A stretch of 64,000 nucleotides of DNA from a virus, in IMG/VR virus record IMGVR_UViG_3300009130_000012, positions 36,845 through 100,844 of that record. One strand, 5' to 3'. The position numbers were made by a program, and so were the translations under genes. A model generated the notes under the pieces. The model was given only the letters and a program-made list of their open reading frames with translations, made no database searches and had not been told where the DNA came from. Below, in pieces: positions 18,825-28,088 of this stretch (the first letter of the stretch is position 1; each line of letters opens with the position of its first letter).

Positions 18825-19322
18825 ATGAGTAAAGTTCAATTAAAAGCCGAAGATTTAAAACCAGAGTCGTTAAGTGCAACTGGTAGACAAATGTATGGAT
18901 TAGATGAATATGTTTATATTAAATCATTTAAATATGATGACAATAATAACATCCAAGTAAATTTCTATGTATTAGTTAAAATAGATGAAGATAATTTTGA
19001 TTTAATCGCAAATGTTTCTACACCAGATTACAAATATTCTATTGCTGACGGTAAATCATTTACTGATGTTTATGGTTATAACGTTTACGCTGTTGATGGT
19101 AGTGGTAATACCATTTATGAGGATGTTGAGGTGATGTCGGTAGACGAATCTGGTAATACAATAACAAATATTGTTAGTCAACCAAAGAAGAGAACTAATG
19201 ATTTTACTAGAAACTTTACCGCATTTTCAACTTTAATTATTCCATTAATTTTTGCCGATATAAAAAACTATTTAGGATACCATGCTAATGAAAATGGTGT
19301 ACTAGACCAAATCCCAGAATAA
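18825..19322 (+). CDS. Acidic hypothetical protein (possible fibre chaperone)
   Basis: Has its own TATTTAT motif at 18800-18806. Confidence 0.6.
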   Translation: MSKVQLKAEDLKPESLSATGRQMYGLDEYVYIKSFKYDDNNNIQVNFYVLVKIDEDNFDLIANVSTPDYKYSIADGKSFTDVYGYNVYAVDGSGNTIYEDVEVMSVDESGNTITNIVSQPKKRTNDFTRNFTAFSTLIIPLIFADIKNYLGYHANENGVLDQIPE

Positions 19323-19347
19323 TAATAGAATATAATGTCTATACTTA

Positions 19348-21066
19348 GTGAGCAATATAAAAGAACATAGATTTAATAATTTAGACTCTAGGTTATCTAA
19401 CTTAGATTACTGGGATTTTCATATCTCTTATGATTTAAGGACTGATTGTTGCTCAGAAGCTATAGATTCATTAAAAACACCATTATCTATCGATTTTAAT
19501 GTCAGCAGTATTTACTCTGGTAATACTATTACTAGTTTAAACTCTTGGACGGGAGCGACTAATAGTGGTGTTACGTTATTTGATATTGGACTAACTGGTG
19601 TAGATAATGGTCTAATATTAATTAATAAAATTAGCGGAGACACTTCTAACAGTCAAACAGTAAATGCTCTTACTGGTTCTACTTTAACATTATCTTCTGG
19701 TGATACTAAAATGTTTTTCACACAAGTTAGTGGAAATACAGGTTCTTATGTATACCCCATAGATATTATTACTCCAGATACTGCAACCACATTTAATGGT
19801 GTATATAGTAGATTATGCGGCGGATTTTATCAAGGATTTTATAAACTACAAGAATATGATTATGAAGTGTTACCGACTAGGATGGAAAAGGGTTGGACTT
19901 CAGAATTTTGGTTACGTAGAGGTGATAATTGTAGCGGTACTACTAGTGGTACAACACTAAATGATACTTACCCAGAAAATAAAGGATTATTCTTCTATAT
20001 GGGTACTAGAGCAGAAGATAAATTCTGGAACTGTTTTGAAGGATTAAACACAGGGGTTACCTCTGGATGTACAAGTGGAGCTACTAGTGGATGTACTATT
20101 ATTAAAGAGTCAGACGTTACTACATCGTCTGGAGTTCCTTTATGTCCTTCTGGTAATACCATTGATGTTACTACAGATAATGGATTTTTAATATATGATA
20201 GAACTGAAGGTGGGTATTTAGCTTGCAATTTTACTGGTGATAGTATTACAATTTCTGAACCAATAGAGATAAAAGTAGATGATAGAAATCCGTTCTTAAT
20301 ATATCATAGAGCGGATTGTAATGATAGTTGTGGTAGTTGTAGTGGTACTGGATGTACAACTGGAACTTTAGCTTGTGACGACGATAACATATCTATTATA
20401 CAACAAGAATTGAATCCTATGGTTAGTGTAATCGACAACGCTATTGGATTTAGAATTAAAGACGATGGTAGTATAGGTGTTAGGCTTTTAACCTCTACTG
20501 GTTCGTGTATTGATGATATTTATGTAACTGGAACAACGATTAATGAAGCTTACTCTAATGTTGGGTTAATTAATGACGAATGGAATCATGTAGTTATTAA
20601 ATATATTGCCAACACTAGGTTAGATGATTGTGAATTACAAGTTGCTGATGCTAGAACGGGTAGATTATATTTTTATGTAAATGGATACCTTAAATTCACT
20701 ATTAATGATTTCCCAGAATTTATACCTAAACCAATCCAAAATTATAAAGAAAAGGTTCAAGGGGTTGGTTATAATATGAGTATTGGTGGTGGTACACAGG
20801 GATTGATTGAAAGTGTTACTTTTGACGGTCCTGACCCGTTAGATTCTGGTAGTGTAATTGAGAAAAATTTCGCTGGAACATTTATTGGTGACATATCTCA
20901 ATTTAAATTTCATACGACACCATTAAACTTATGTCAAATTAGGTCTCAGTTTGATTCGGATTCGTCTAGATATGACGTTAAGAAAAACGATACTTATTTA
21001 ATTTTGCAAGAAAACGATGGTTACATCTTTCAAGAGAATGGTATTGAAATTGAATGGCCCATTTAA
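19348..21066 (+). CDS. Cys-rich virion protein with a ConA/LamG-like domain
   Basis: WTSEFWL, WNHVVIKY, LYFYVNG, IGGG and FIGDISQF LamG-type motifs; 17 Cys. Confidence 0.65.
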   Translation: MSNIKEHRFNNLDSRLSNLDYWDFHISYDLRTDCCSEAIDSLKTPLSIDFNVSSIYSGNTITSLNSWTGATNSGVTLFDIGLTGVDNGLILINKISGDTSNSQTVNALTGSTLTLSSGDTKMFFTQVSGNTGSYVYPIDIITPDTATTFNGVYSRLCGGFYQGFYKLQEYDYEVLPTRMEKGWTSEFWLRRGDNCSGTTSGTTLNDTYPENKGLFFYMGTRAEDKFWNCFEGLNTGVTSGCTSGATSGCTIIKESDVTTSSGVPLCPSGNTIDVTTDNGFLIYDRTEGGYLACNFTGDSITISEPIEIKVDDRNPFLIYHRADCNDSCGSCSGTGCTTGTLACDDDNISIIQQELNPMVSVIDNAIGFRIKDDGSIGVRLLTSTGSCIDDIYVTGTTINEAYSNVGLINDEWNHVVIKYIANTRLDDCELQVADARTGRLYFYVNGYLKFTINDFPEFIPKPIQNYKEKVQGVGYNMSIGGGTQGLIESVTFDGPDPLDSGSVIEKNFAGTFIGDISQFKFHTTPLNLCQIRSQFDSDSSRYDVKKNDTYLILQENDGYIFQENGIEIEWPI

Positions 21067-21111
21067 GAATTCTTTTTAATAGTTAAAACTATTTATTATA
21101 AAAAGAATTTC

Positions 21112-23157
21112 ATGTCTGTAAATAATAACAATAGAAAGATTACACAATTACCTAAAATTACGACATCGGGAATGACTGATGACGATATTTTTGTGTTTGT
21201 TAATAGCGGTGCCACTAGTCAAGGTACATTGGGGGATATAGCTAGTTATTTTGCCACCAATACTGATACATTTTCAACTGGAGGTACTTATAATCAAACT
21301 GGCTCTACTATTACAATCGATAATAATCAAGGCGGTAGTTTCGATATTACTGGTATAACTACAAGTATTAATGGTGATAACGGTATTACAATACAAGATG
21401 GTGATACGGTAGAGTTGGGTGGTAGATTAAAGTCTGGTCTTACCACAATACAAGGTTTTAGTGGAGGTACATCTATATTACAGTTAGGAGACTCTTCAAA
21501 TAGAATAGGTACTTTATTTGGATTCGGAAACTTTATTAGCTTTACCGCTGGAGATGTAGCTGATGATACTGCTACACTTACTTTACTTACAGCTCAAGCT
21601 GGGATAATAACTGGTAAAAATGGTTACGTTGAAATAGGTACTAATGATGCTACTTTAGGTCAAAGTACTAGATTTAAGGTTGACCACGGTATCACGACAT
21701 TTACTGACACTATACCTAATTCTGCTGGAATACAATATGGTGCCGATTACTCTAATAACTATACTGATTTATCACTTATTACTAAAGGTGATGTTAAAAC
21801 TGGTAATATACTTTATGTAGATAATGTTAATGGTAACGATAGTACTGGGGAAAAGGGTAGTTTAGTTAATAAATATGCTACCATTTCCGCTGCTGAAAGC
21901 GGTGCGACAAGTGGTGATACCATTGTAGTAATGACGATGCAAAATGAAGAAGCTAATCTAGGTAAGAACCAGATTACTTATCATTTTTTACCTGGTACTG
22001 GTATAAAAAACACAACAACAACTGGTAGAATATTCAACGATAATGGAAAAACTGATAGTGGAGCAAACCCACTTTTCTTTAAAATAACTGGTTGGGCTGA
22101 TTTTACTTCAAGAACGGACCAATCAGCATTATGGGGGGGTACTCTGTATCTTTACGAAGGGTCTTCCGCTGAGTTTGAATTTAATAGTTCAACTATTTTA
22201 AACTTAGATGGTTCAAAGGCAGATTCTGGATATCATTTTTGGGCGCAAGCGGAATATATAAACGGTGCTGGGGCGGGTAAGTTAGCCACACTTAAAGGTA
22301 GGGTGTCTAGAGATGTGATAGGCGGTCATTATTTCTTGGGTGCTCATTCGGCAATTGCTAATATAGACGTTGGGGGTAATGTAGATGTATCCGCTATTTT
22401 TGTTAGTGCACAAGGTTGTGAATTAGTTGACGTTAATGTAGACCAAAAAGTAACATTAGGTTATTCTACAACACACAGTTTTAAATTTTTTCTAAACGTT
22501 GATGGGGTTCCCTTTTTCACTGGTAATATTGATACTATAGAAGGTACTAATATGATTAATGTTAGTGCTAAAATGGTTGAGTGGCAAAATGACGGGACTA
22601 ACCAAAATGGTATATGGGGTATTTTTAAAATATATGAGTATTATGATAACACAAACACACATATACGTAATAATGTTAATATTAATATTGATGAAATTTT
22701 AGTTAAAGATGGAACACAGACAGTTCAAAGACCATTTATAGTTTCAAGTAATATGGGTAACGATACTGAAACTGTAGTTAAATTTAATAACTGTAAAATA
22801 ACTATTGAAGATGGGTTTCCATTTACTGGTATTGCTTCTAGTTCACAAAAAGATAAATATAATATAATGTTTCAAGATTGTTCGATTGATTATCAAAGTA
22901 CTGGATTTACTTCTGGTTACACAATATTTGATACGTCATATGCTATGCCTCATTTTGATAATACTAGATTTAAAGTTTCTGACACATCTTATGAAATAGT
23001 TGGTAGTACTGTTGATAAAGAAATCGCAGTTTATGGTGGAGGTTTGTTTACTAATGGTGTCGTACCAGATGATATAGTAAATATTAATACTGAATTAGCT
23101 ATGTCTGCTGATACAACTAACGTATTTAGTGGATTAAATAATATAAAAATAATATAA
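21112..23157 (+). CDS. Fibre/spike protein with a beta-helix-like domain
   Basis: RKITQLP N-terminus; ILYVDNVNGNDSTG...YATISAA...SGDTIVV entry motif; shares ELGG and YTD.SLITK segments with 37572. Confidence 0.7.
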   Translation: MSVNNNNRKITQLPKITTSGMTDDDIFVFVNSGATSQGTLGDIASYFATNTDTFSTGGTYNQTGSTITIDNNQGGSFDITGITTSINGDNGITIQDGDTVELGGRLKSGLTTIQGFSGGTSILQLGDSSNRIGTLFGFGNFISFTAGDVADDTATLTLLTAQAGIITGKNGYVEIGTNDATLGQSTRFKVDHGITTFTDTIPNSAGIQYGADYSNNYTDLSLITKGDVKTGNILYVDNVNGNDSTGEKGSLVNKYATISAAESGATSGDTIVVMTMQNEEANLGKNQITYHFLPGTGIKNTTTTGRIFNDNGKTDSGANPLFFKITGWADFTSRTDQSALWGGTLYLYEGSSAEFEFNSSTILNLDGSKADSGYHFWAQAEYINGAGAGKLATLKGRVSRDVIGGHYFLGAHSAIANIDVGGNVDVSAIFVSAQGCELVDVNVDQKVTLGYSTTHSFKFFLNVDGVPFFTGNIDTIEGTNMINVSAKMVEWQNDGTNQNGIWGIFKIYEYYDNTNTHIRNNVNINIDEILVKDGTQTVQRPFIVSSNMGNDTETVVKFNNCKITIEDGFPFTGIASSSQKDKYNIMFQDCSIDYQSTGFTSGYTIFDTSYAMPHFDNTRFKVSDTSYEIVGSTVDKEIAVYGGGLFTNGVVPDDIVNINTELAMSADTTNVFSGLNNIKII

Positions 23158-23178
23158 TAACATAGTAAAAACAATAAA

Positions 23179-23688
23179 ATGACAAAACCAGATTTAACAT
23201 TAGTTGATATATCACACATTGATATGTCTAAATTTATTATCAAAGACCAATATTTTGGATATATTTATCCATTTTTAACAGAGCAAACAATATTAGAATC
23301 ATTATTAGCTGAAATAGTTTATTACAGGTTAAATGATTGTTTTTTTAATTTATTTGTTGAGGCTTGGAATTCTAGATTTTGGGTTCAGCGTGGATATGAC
23401 GGTGCAACATTTTTAAAAAACAAAAAACATACCGCAGTTGGTAACTTTCTACATGATTACGGTTATAGAATGGGTATGGGGGGCTACGAAATAGATAAAA
23501 TATATAAATATATATTAACTGTAACTGGTTATAATAATATTGACCCTATTATTAGATATATTGGTGTTAGAAGTGCATGGACTTTTTTCTTTAAATGGAA
23601 GCATATACATAACAATAATGTTTTCCCAATAACAGAAAATATGGAAATTTGTTTAGATTATTCCGAAAATTATTTAAAAAATAAGTGA
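23179..23688 (+). CDS. DUF1353-like protein
   Basis: YDGAT...FLHDYGY...D...Y.GVR pattern. Confidence 0.6.
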   Translation: MTKPDLTLVDISHIDMSKFIIKDQYFGYIYPFLTEQTILESLLAEIVYYRLNDCFFNLFVEAWNSRFWVQRGYDGATFLKNKKHTAVGNFLHDYGYRMGMGGYEIDKIYKYILTVTGYNNIDPIIRYIGVRSAWTFFFKWKHIHNNNVFPITENMEICLDYSENYLKNK

Positions 23689-23725
23689 TGATAAGTATAT
23701 TATTATTATATAAAAAATAACACTT

Positions 23726-23917
23726 ATGGAAATGAATCAACAACAAGCATTAGAAATATTAGTTAATGCGGTAAAAGTAGCTCAGAAAAGGGGGGCTTTT
23801 GAATTGGAAGAGGCACCTATTATTGCACAAGCAGTTGGTGTGTTTATGCCTCCTCAGCAACCACAAACGGAAGGTGAAGGTGAGGTTACTGAAGCTAAAG
23901 AAGAAGATGTAAAATAA
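23726..23917 (+). CDS. Small helical phage protein
   Basis: 63-aa ORF followed by a terminator. Confidence 0.65.
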   Translation: MEMNQQQALEILVNAVKVAQKRGAFELEEAPIIAQAVGVFMPPQQPQTEGEGEVTEAKEEDVK

Positions 23918-23943
23918 AAAGAGGGTACTAACCCTCTTTTTTT
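23916..23943. terminator. Bidirectional-type hairpin terminator
   Basis: AAAAAGAGGGT-acta-ACCCTCTTTTTTT. Confidence 0.85.
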
Positions 23944-23978
23944 CTTTTAGCCATTATATTTATTAATAAAGAATATTC

Positions 23979-25997
23979 ATGGCTAATAAGTTAATATTAA
24001 GAAAACAAAAAAGCCCATATACTGGTGATTTTGCAGATACTACTAAATCTAAAACATTATCTATTTCTGAATTAGATAATAATCAGATATATCTTAAGGG
24101 GTTAAATATAATTACTGGTTCCACATCTGGAACTGATATAATACTAGATAAACTTAATGGTGACCAAATAACTATCGACCTATCGGCATTTTCTGGTGGG
24201 ACAAGTGGTGGCACAGTAGATGTAGATTACGGTAATATTATTTTCGTATCTGAAGTTGGCGATACTGGTAGCACTAGGTCAGAAATAATTGGTAATATAA
24301 ACAAACCTGTTGACCTTAATTGGGCTAGTGTAATTGCACAGAGTGGTGACACAATACATGTTAAGGCTGGGGTGTATAATTATGACCCATCAATAGCCAC
24401 TGGAAACACCCTTAGCGTTACTGGCGTAAATCATTACTTCGAGGCAGGGGCTAAGGTATATAATAATACAAACAGGGCGTTATTTGTTAAAGACCCAAGT
24501 ATTAACTATGGTGCAGCTACTGAGGGTAATGTATACGGAAGTGGGTCTTTTTACACCACAAACAATTATACGTATTCTCATATATTCTACGATGGTTCAT
24601 TTGATACAGATTTTTCTACCATGTCTGTTTTTGAATTTGACGAATGTACTTCTGTATCTACAGGAGATATGTTTTATGTTGGCGTTAGTGGAGCACCAAG
24701 AGGTATTATAATTAAGGGTAAAAATAGGATTGTTAGTTATAGTGGAAGCTGTATGTATTTTAATACTACTTCAGCTACGAAAATTACAGTGGATTGTCCT
24801 CAAATTATTAGTGAAGCACCTGGTAAAAGAACTATAATAACTGGAACGGGTGGTGGAAGTGCTGGTGATTTAATAATCAATAGTAATATTATTAGTTCAT
24901 ATGGGACTGGTGGAGTCGAATCATCAATAAGTATTGTTGGTAGTGCTGGTAGAGTAATATGTAACGCCTCTTATATTAAAAGTATTAGTGCTTTTGGGGT
25001 ACCGACTAGGGTTTTGGATGTAACCGCTGGTAGAATAGACAGTGCGATGATTCAAGCTAATTTAATTAATTTAAACGCACATGTTGGTGATTTAAAATTA
25101 TACGCCCATTCAATAGCTAACGTTACCCTATGTGATAGATTTCTTATAGCGGGTATAATTGATGAAAGCTCGGTAGCTAACATATGTATGAGTAATATAT
25201 TATATGATACTACTGGAACTACCAGTACTAATACAAGTTATGGTACATTAAATTTAAGTACGGTTGATGTTGATGTTTATGGAACGGAGATTCCTAACAC
25301 CTACACAAGTTACACGTCTGGTTCTAAAGAGTATTTAATTAGTGGAATTAAGGGTAAAACTAACTTAATTGGTAATTGGGATAATGGAGATACTATAACG
25401 ACTAATAATACTAATATTTTAAATGTGAATAATAACGCACACATTAAAAATACAACAATTAATGTACATGGTGGTACATTAGAAGTATTAGGTAAAACAG
25501 ATGACACTCAAATTAACTATACTGGTGGAACAGTTATGATGAATGGAGCTACAATGGTTGTTAGTGACCAAAATAAACAAATTATCACTACCCCTAATTC
25601 GGGTACAACAATTAAAGTTTATAGTGGAGGTCTTAATACGAATAAATTTGGTCCATTTTCTGGTTCTACTGAACGTGTAAAAGTTGATGTATCTGGTACT
25701 GGTGCAGTAGTTACGGTTAATAGTGAAACATTTACTAGTACAACAGGAACAACTTCATCTGAATCAGCTGCAGAATTATTAGCTTTAATAAATGCTAGTG
25801 GCACTGTTAACGCAACCGCATCACAAGATACACTTGGTACTGACACATACATTTATATAGAGTCTGATATAATTGGTACTGCTTTGGTTTTAAGTTACGG
25901 AACAAACACTGCCTTTAATTCAACAATAAAACTTAACTCTAACCCGACTACTGAAATAGTGGGAGGTATGGTTATAATTGATTCACAAATAACTTAA
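23979..25997 (+). CDS. Fibre/spike protein with a beta-helix-like domain
   Basis: LSISELDNN N-terminal fibre motif; GNIIFVS...SGDTIHVKAGVY; T/G/S-rich. Confidence 0.7.
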   Translation: MANKLILRKQKSPYTGDFADTTKSKTLSISELDNNQIYLKGLNIITGSTSGTDIILDKLNGDQITIDLSAFSGGTSGGTVDVDYGNIIFVSEVGDTGSTRSEIIGNINKPVDLNWASVIAQSGDTIHVKAGVYNYDPSIATGNTLSVTGVNHYFEAGAKVYNNTNRALFVKDPSINYGAATEGNVYGSGSFYTTNNYTYSHIFYDGSFDTDFSTMSVFEFDECTSVSTGDMFYVGVSGAPRGIIIKGKNRIVSYSGSCMYFNTTSATKITVDCPQIISEAPGKRTIITGTGGGSAGDLIINSNIISSYGTGGVESSISIVGSAGRVICNASYIKSISAFGVPTRVLDVTAGRIDSAMIQANLINLNAHVGDLKLYAHSIANVTLCDRFLIAGIIDESSVANICMSNILYDTTGTTSTNTSYGTLNLSTVDVDVYGTEIPNTYTSYTSGSKEYLISGIKGKTNLIGNWDNGDTITTNNTNILNVNNNAHIKNTTINVHGGTLEVLGKTDDTQINYTGGTVMMNGATMVVSDQNKQIITTPNSGTTIKVYSGGLNTNKFGPFSGSTERVKVDVSGTGAVVTVNSETFTSTTGTTSSESAAELLALINASGTVNATASQDTLGTDTYIYIESDIIGTALVLSYGTNTAFNSTIKLNSNPTTEIVGGMVIIDSQIT

Positions 25998-26036
25998 AAA
26001 CAATTAACACATGAAATTAAAATATAACTAATTATT

Positions 26037-27938
26037 ATGGCGATATACGATAAAAAAATAAAAGGGGGTAATGGTGTAAATTACACTAAAGAGGTTGATA
26101 ACTCTAGTGATTACTCTGGATTAACCAATGACACTTATTTTAAAAATTTAAGTGATGGATTAATTTATTATAAAAATACTTCGGGTGATGTTATAACACC
26201 TTTTGATGGACTTAATTTGGGTAATAGTGATTTAACATTAACAAATAATAGAACGGTTAATTTAACTGGTAGTTCGTTGACGTATAGTGACTCAGTTGGT
26301 AATACTAGTGTTGAGTCGTCATTGAGTTTAGGTACTGGTGATACATTGACATTTTCATCTCCACTTGGTGGTGCGGTATATTCTAAAGATGATGAAAATA
26401 TTAGTTATACTGGTGGTGGTGTTGGTGGAACATTCATATTTAATGTGGGTAGAGGTACTGCTCAAATGGATGTAACTCCATCAACAGGTTCAGTAGGTGG
26501 ATTCACATTAGGGGATGATAAAATAGGGACAAAAGGGTACGTGACTTATCAAACCAAAGGTGTAGTAGATGATAGTAGACTATCTGAAAATAATTTATAT
26601 TATTTTTATGTTGATTCTGGAGAGCTTAAAGGACGGTATAAGGATAACTTAGGTGTTGTAACCGATTTGACTATTGGTGCAAATATTGATTATAAGTTCG
26701 TTGTTAGAAGTAATGGTACTAATACATACTATGATGATTTTTATGTTGCTTTTAATAATTCAATATCTGGTGATATTATAGATGTGTATACTGACCAAAC
26801 AGTTGACTGTGGTTTAGGTACTGGTGCTTGGTCTTGGAATAAAGACATTACTGTAAACTTAAATGGGCATCATATTACTATAACAAATTTAGGTTATATC
26901 AGAGTTGAATCTAATGTTAATATTAAAATGACTAACGGCACTTTTGAAACTGAGAATAATTCAACAAACTTTTCAGCGTTTAACTTTTTTGGAACAACAG
27001 GTACAAGTACGTTTGAAGGTGATGGTGCTGTTAATGTTTTTTGTTATGTAGGTGGTTCTAATAGAGGTTCTTTTTATCAAAGAAGTACTGGTATAGTTAA
27101 AATATCAGGTGTTATAATGAAAGGTAACTATAGACTATGTGTTATAGGTGGTAGTGGTTGGGGTAGAATGTATCTTGATAAATGTATATTATACACTGAT
27201 GAAGCAACTAATAATGATGCTGTTTATGGTGATAATATAGAAGTTAGTAATTCTATTATATACGGAAAAGCATTTGCTGTTAGTGGTAGTTATGGTATAC
27301 CTTCAAGAGAAACTGTTAGAACGTTTATTAACTGTAATATAGTGTCTGATGGTGAATCAGCAATAGGTTCAAGGTCAGCAATATTTAGTAATTGCACTAT
27401 TACAACTAAAGATGATGAAGTTAGAATTGGGATTGGTGGAGAACAAGAATATTATAATTGTAAAATAGAAAGAACTGGTACTGTTGGTACCGCTTTTAAT
27501 ATAACTAATACGTCTAACGTAAGAATGTATAACACAGAAATCATATCTACTGGTGGTGGAGTTGTTACTAATTTACCTTTGGAGTTTTATCAATGTTATA
27601 TTAAAGCAAATAATGGTGATGGAATTCGACACACATCTACAATAAATGATTTAAACTTAATAGTTGAAAACTCTTATATAGAAGCTACGGGTGGTAACTG
27701 TATGTTTTTTGACAGAATAAGTGAAGGATTAACTTCAACAGTCACTAATAGCACCTTAATATGTAACACAACAAGCACTTATTGTCTTAATGCTAGAACG
27801 GGTTCTTATTATAAATTTTCAGGTAATTCATTTAAGAATACTGCTAACAGTGCTGACGTTTATAGTAGAGCAGGACTTATAACTGAAAATACACAAACAA
27901 CAACAACTGATACATTTGGAAATATAATTTTAGATTAA
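26037..27938 (+). CDS. Fibre/spike protein (divergent module B plus beta-helix-like domain)
   Basis: DYSGLTNDTYF...YYKNTSG; ISGDIIDV...ITVNLNGH; ends TTDTFGNIILD. Confidence 0.7.
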   Translation: MAIYDKKIKGGNGVNYTKEVDNSSDYSGLTNDTYFKNLSDGLIYYKNTSGDVITPFDGLNLGNSDLTLTNNRTVNLTGSSLTYSDSVGNTSVESSLSLGTGDTLTFSSPLGGAVYSKDDENISYTGGGVGGTFIFNVGRGTAQMDVTPSTGSVGGFTLGDDKIGTKGYVTYQTKGVVDDSRLSENNLYYFYVDSGELKGRYKDNLGVVTDLTIGANIDYKFVVRSNGTNTYYDDFYVAFNNSISGDIIDVYTDQTVDCGLGTGAWSWNKDITVNLNGHHITITNLGYIRVESNVNIKMTNGTFETENNSTNFSAFNFFGTTGTSTFEGDGAVNVFCYVGGSNRGSFYQRSTGIVKISGVIMKGNYRLCVIGGSGWGRMYLDKCILYTDEATNNDAVYGDNIEVSNSIIYGKAFAVSGSYGIPSRETVRTFINCNIVSDGESAIGSRSAIFSNCTITTKDDEVRIGIGGEQEYYNCKIERTGTVGTAFNITNTSNVRMYNTEIISTGGGVVTNLPLEFYQCYIKANNGDGIRHTSTINDLNLIVENSYIEATGGNCMFFDRISEGLTSTVTNSTLICNTTSTYCLNARTGSYYKFSGNSFKNTANSADVYSRAGLITENTQTTTTDTFGNIILD

Positions 27939-28052
27939 ATGAACGCAAATGTAACTATAACAGCTTCAGCAGATGAAGGAAACGGAAATAGAAGTATATA
28001 ATGAGCGTTAAAAGTGAAATACGAAAGATAATTATAAGGATAGTTAGGTTGA

Positions 28053-28088
28053 ATAAAAAAAAAACAGGGTTAACCCTGTTTTTTTATT
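28053..28088. terminator. Bidirectional terminator between convergent transcription units
   Basis: A tract-CAGGG-ttaa-CCCTG-T tract. Confidence 0.85.
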
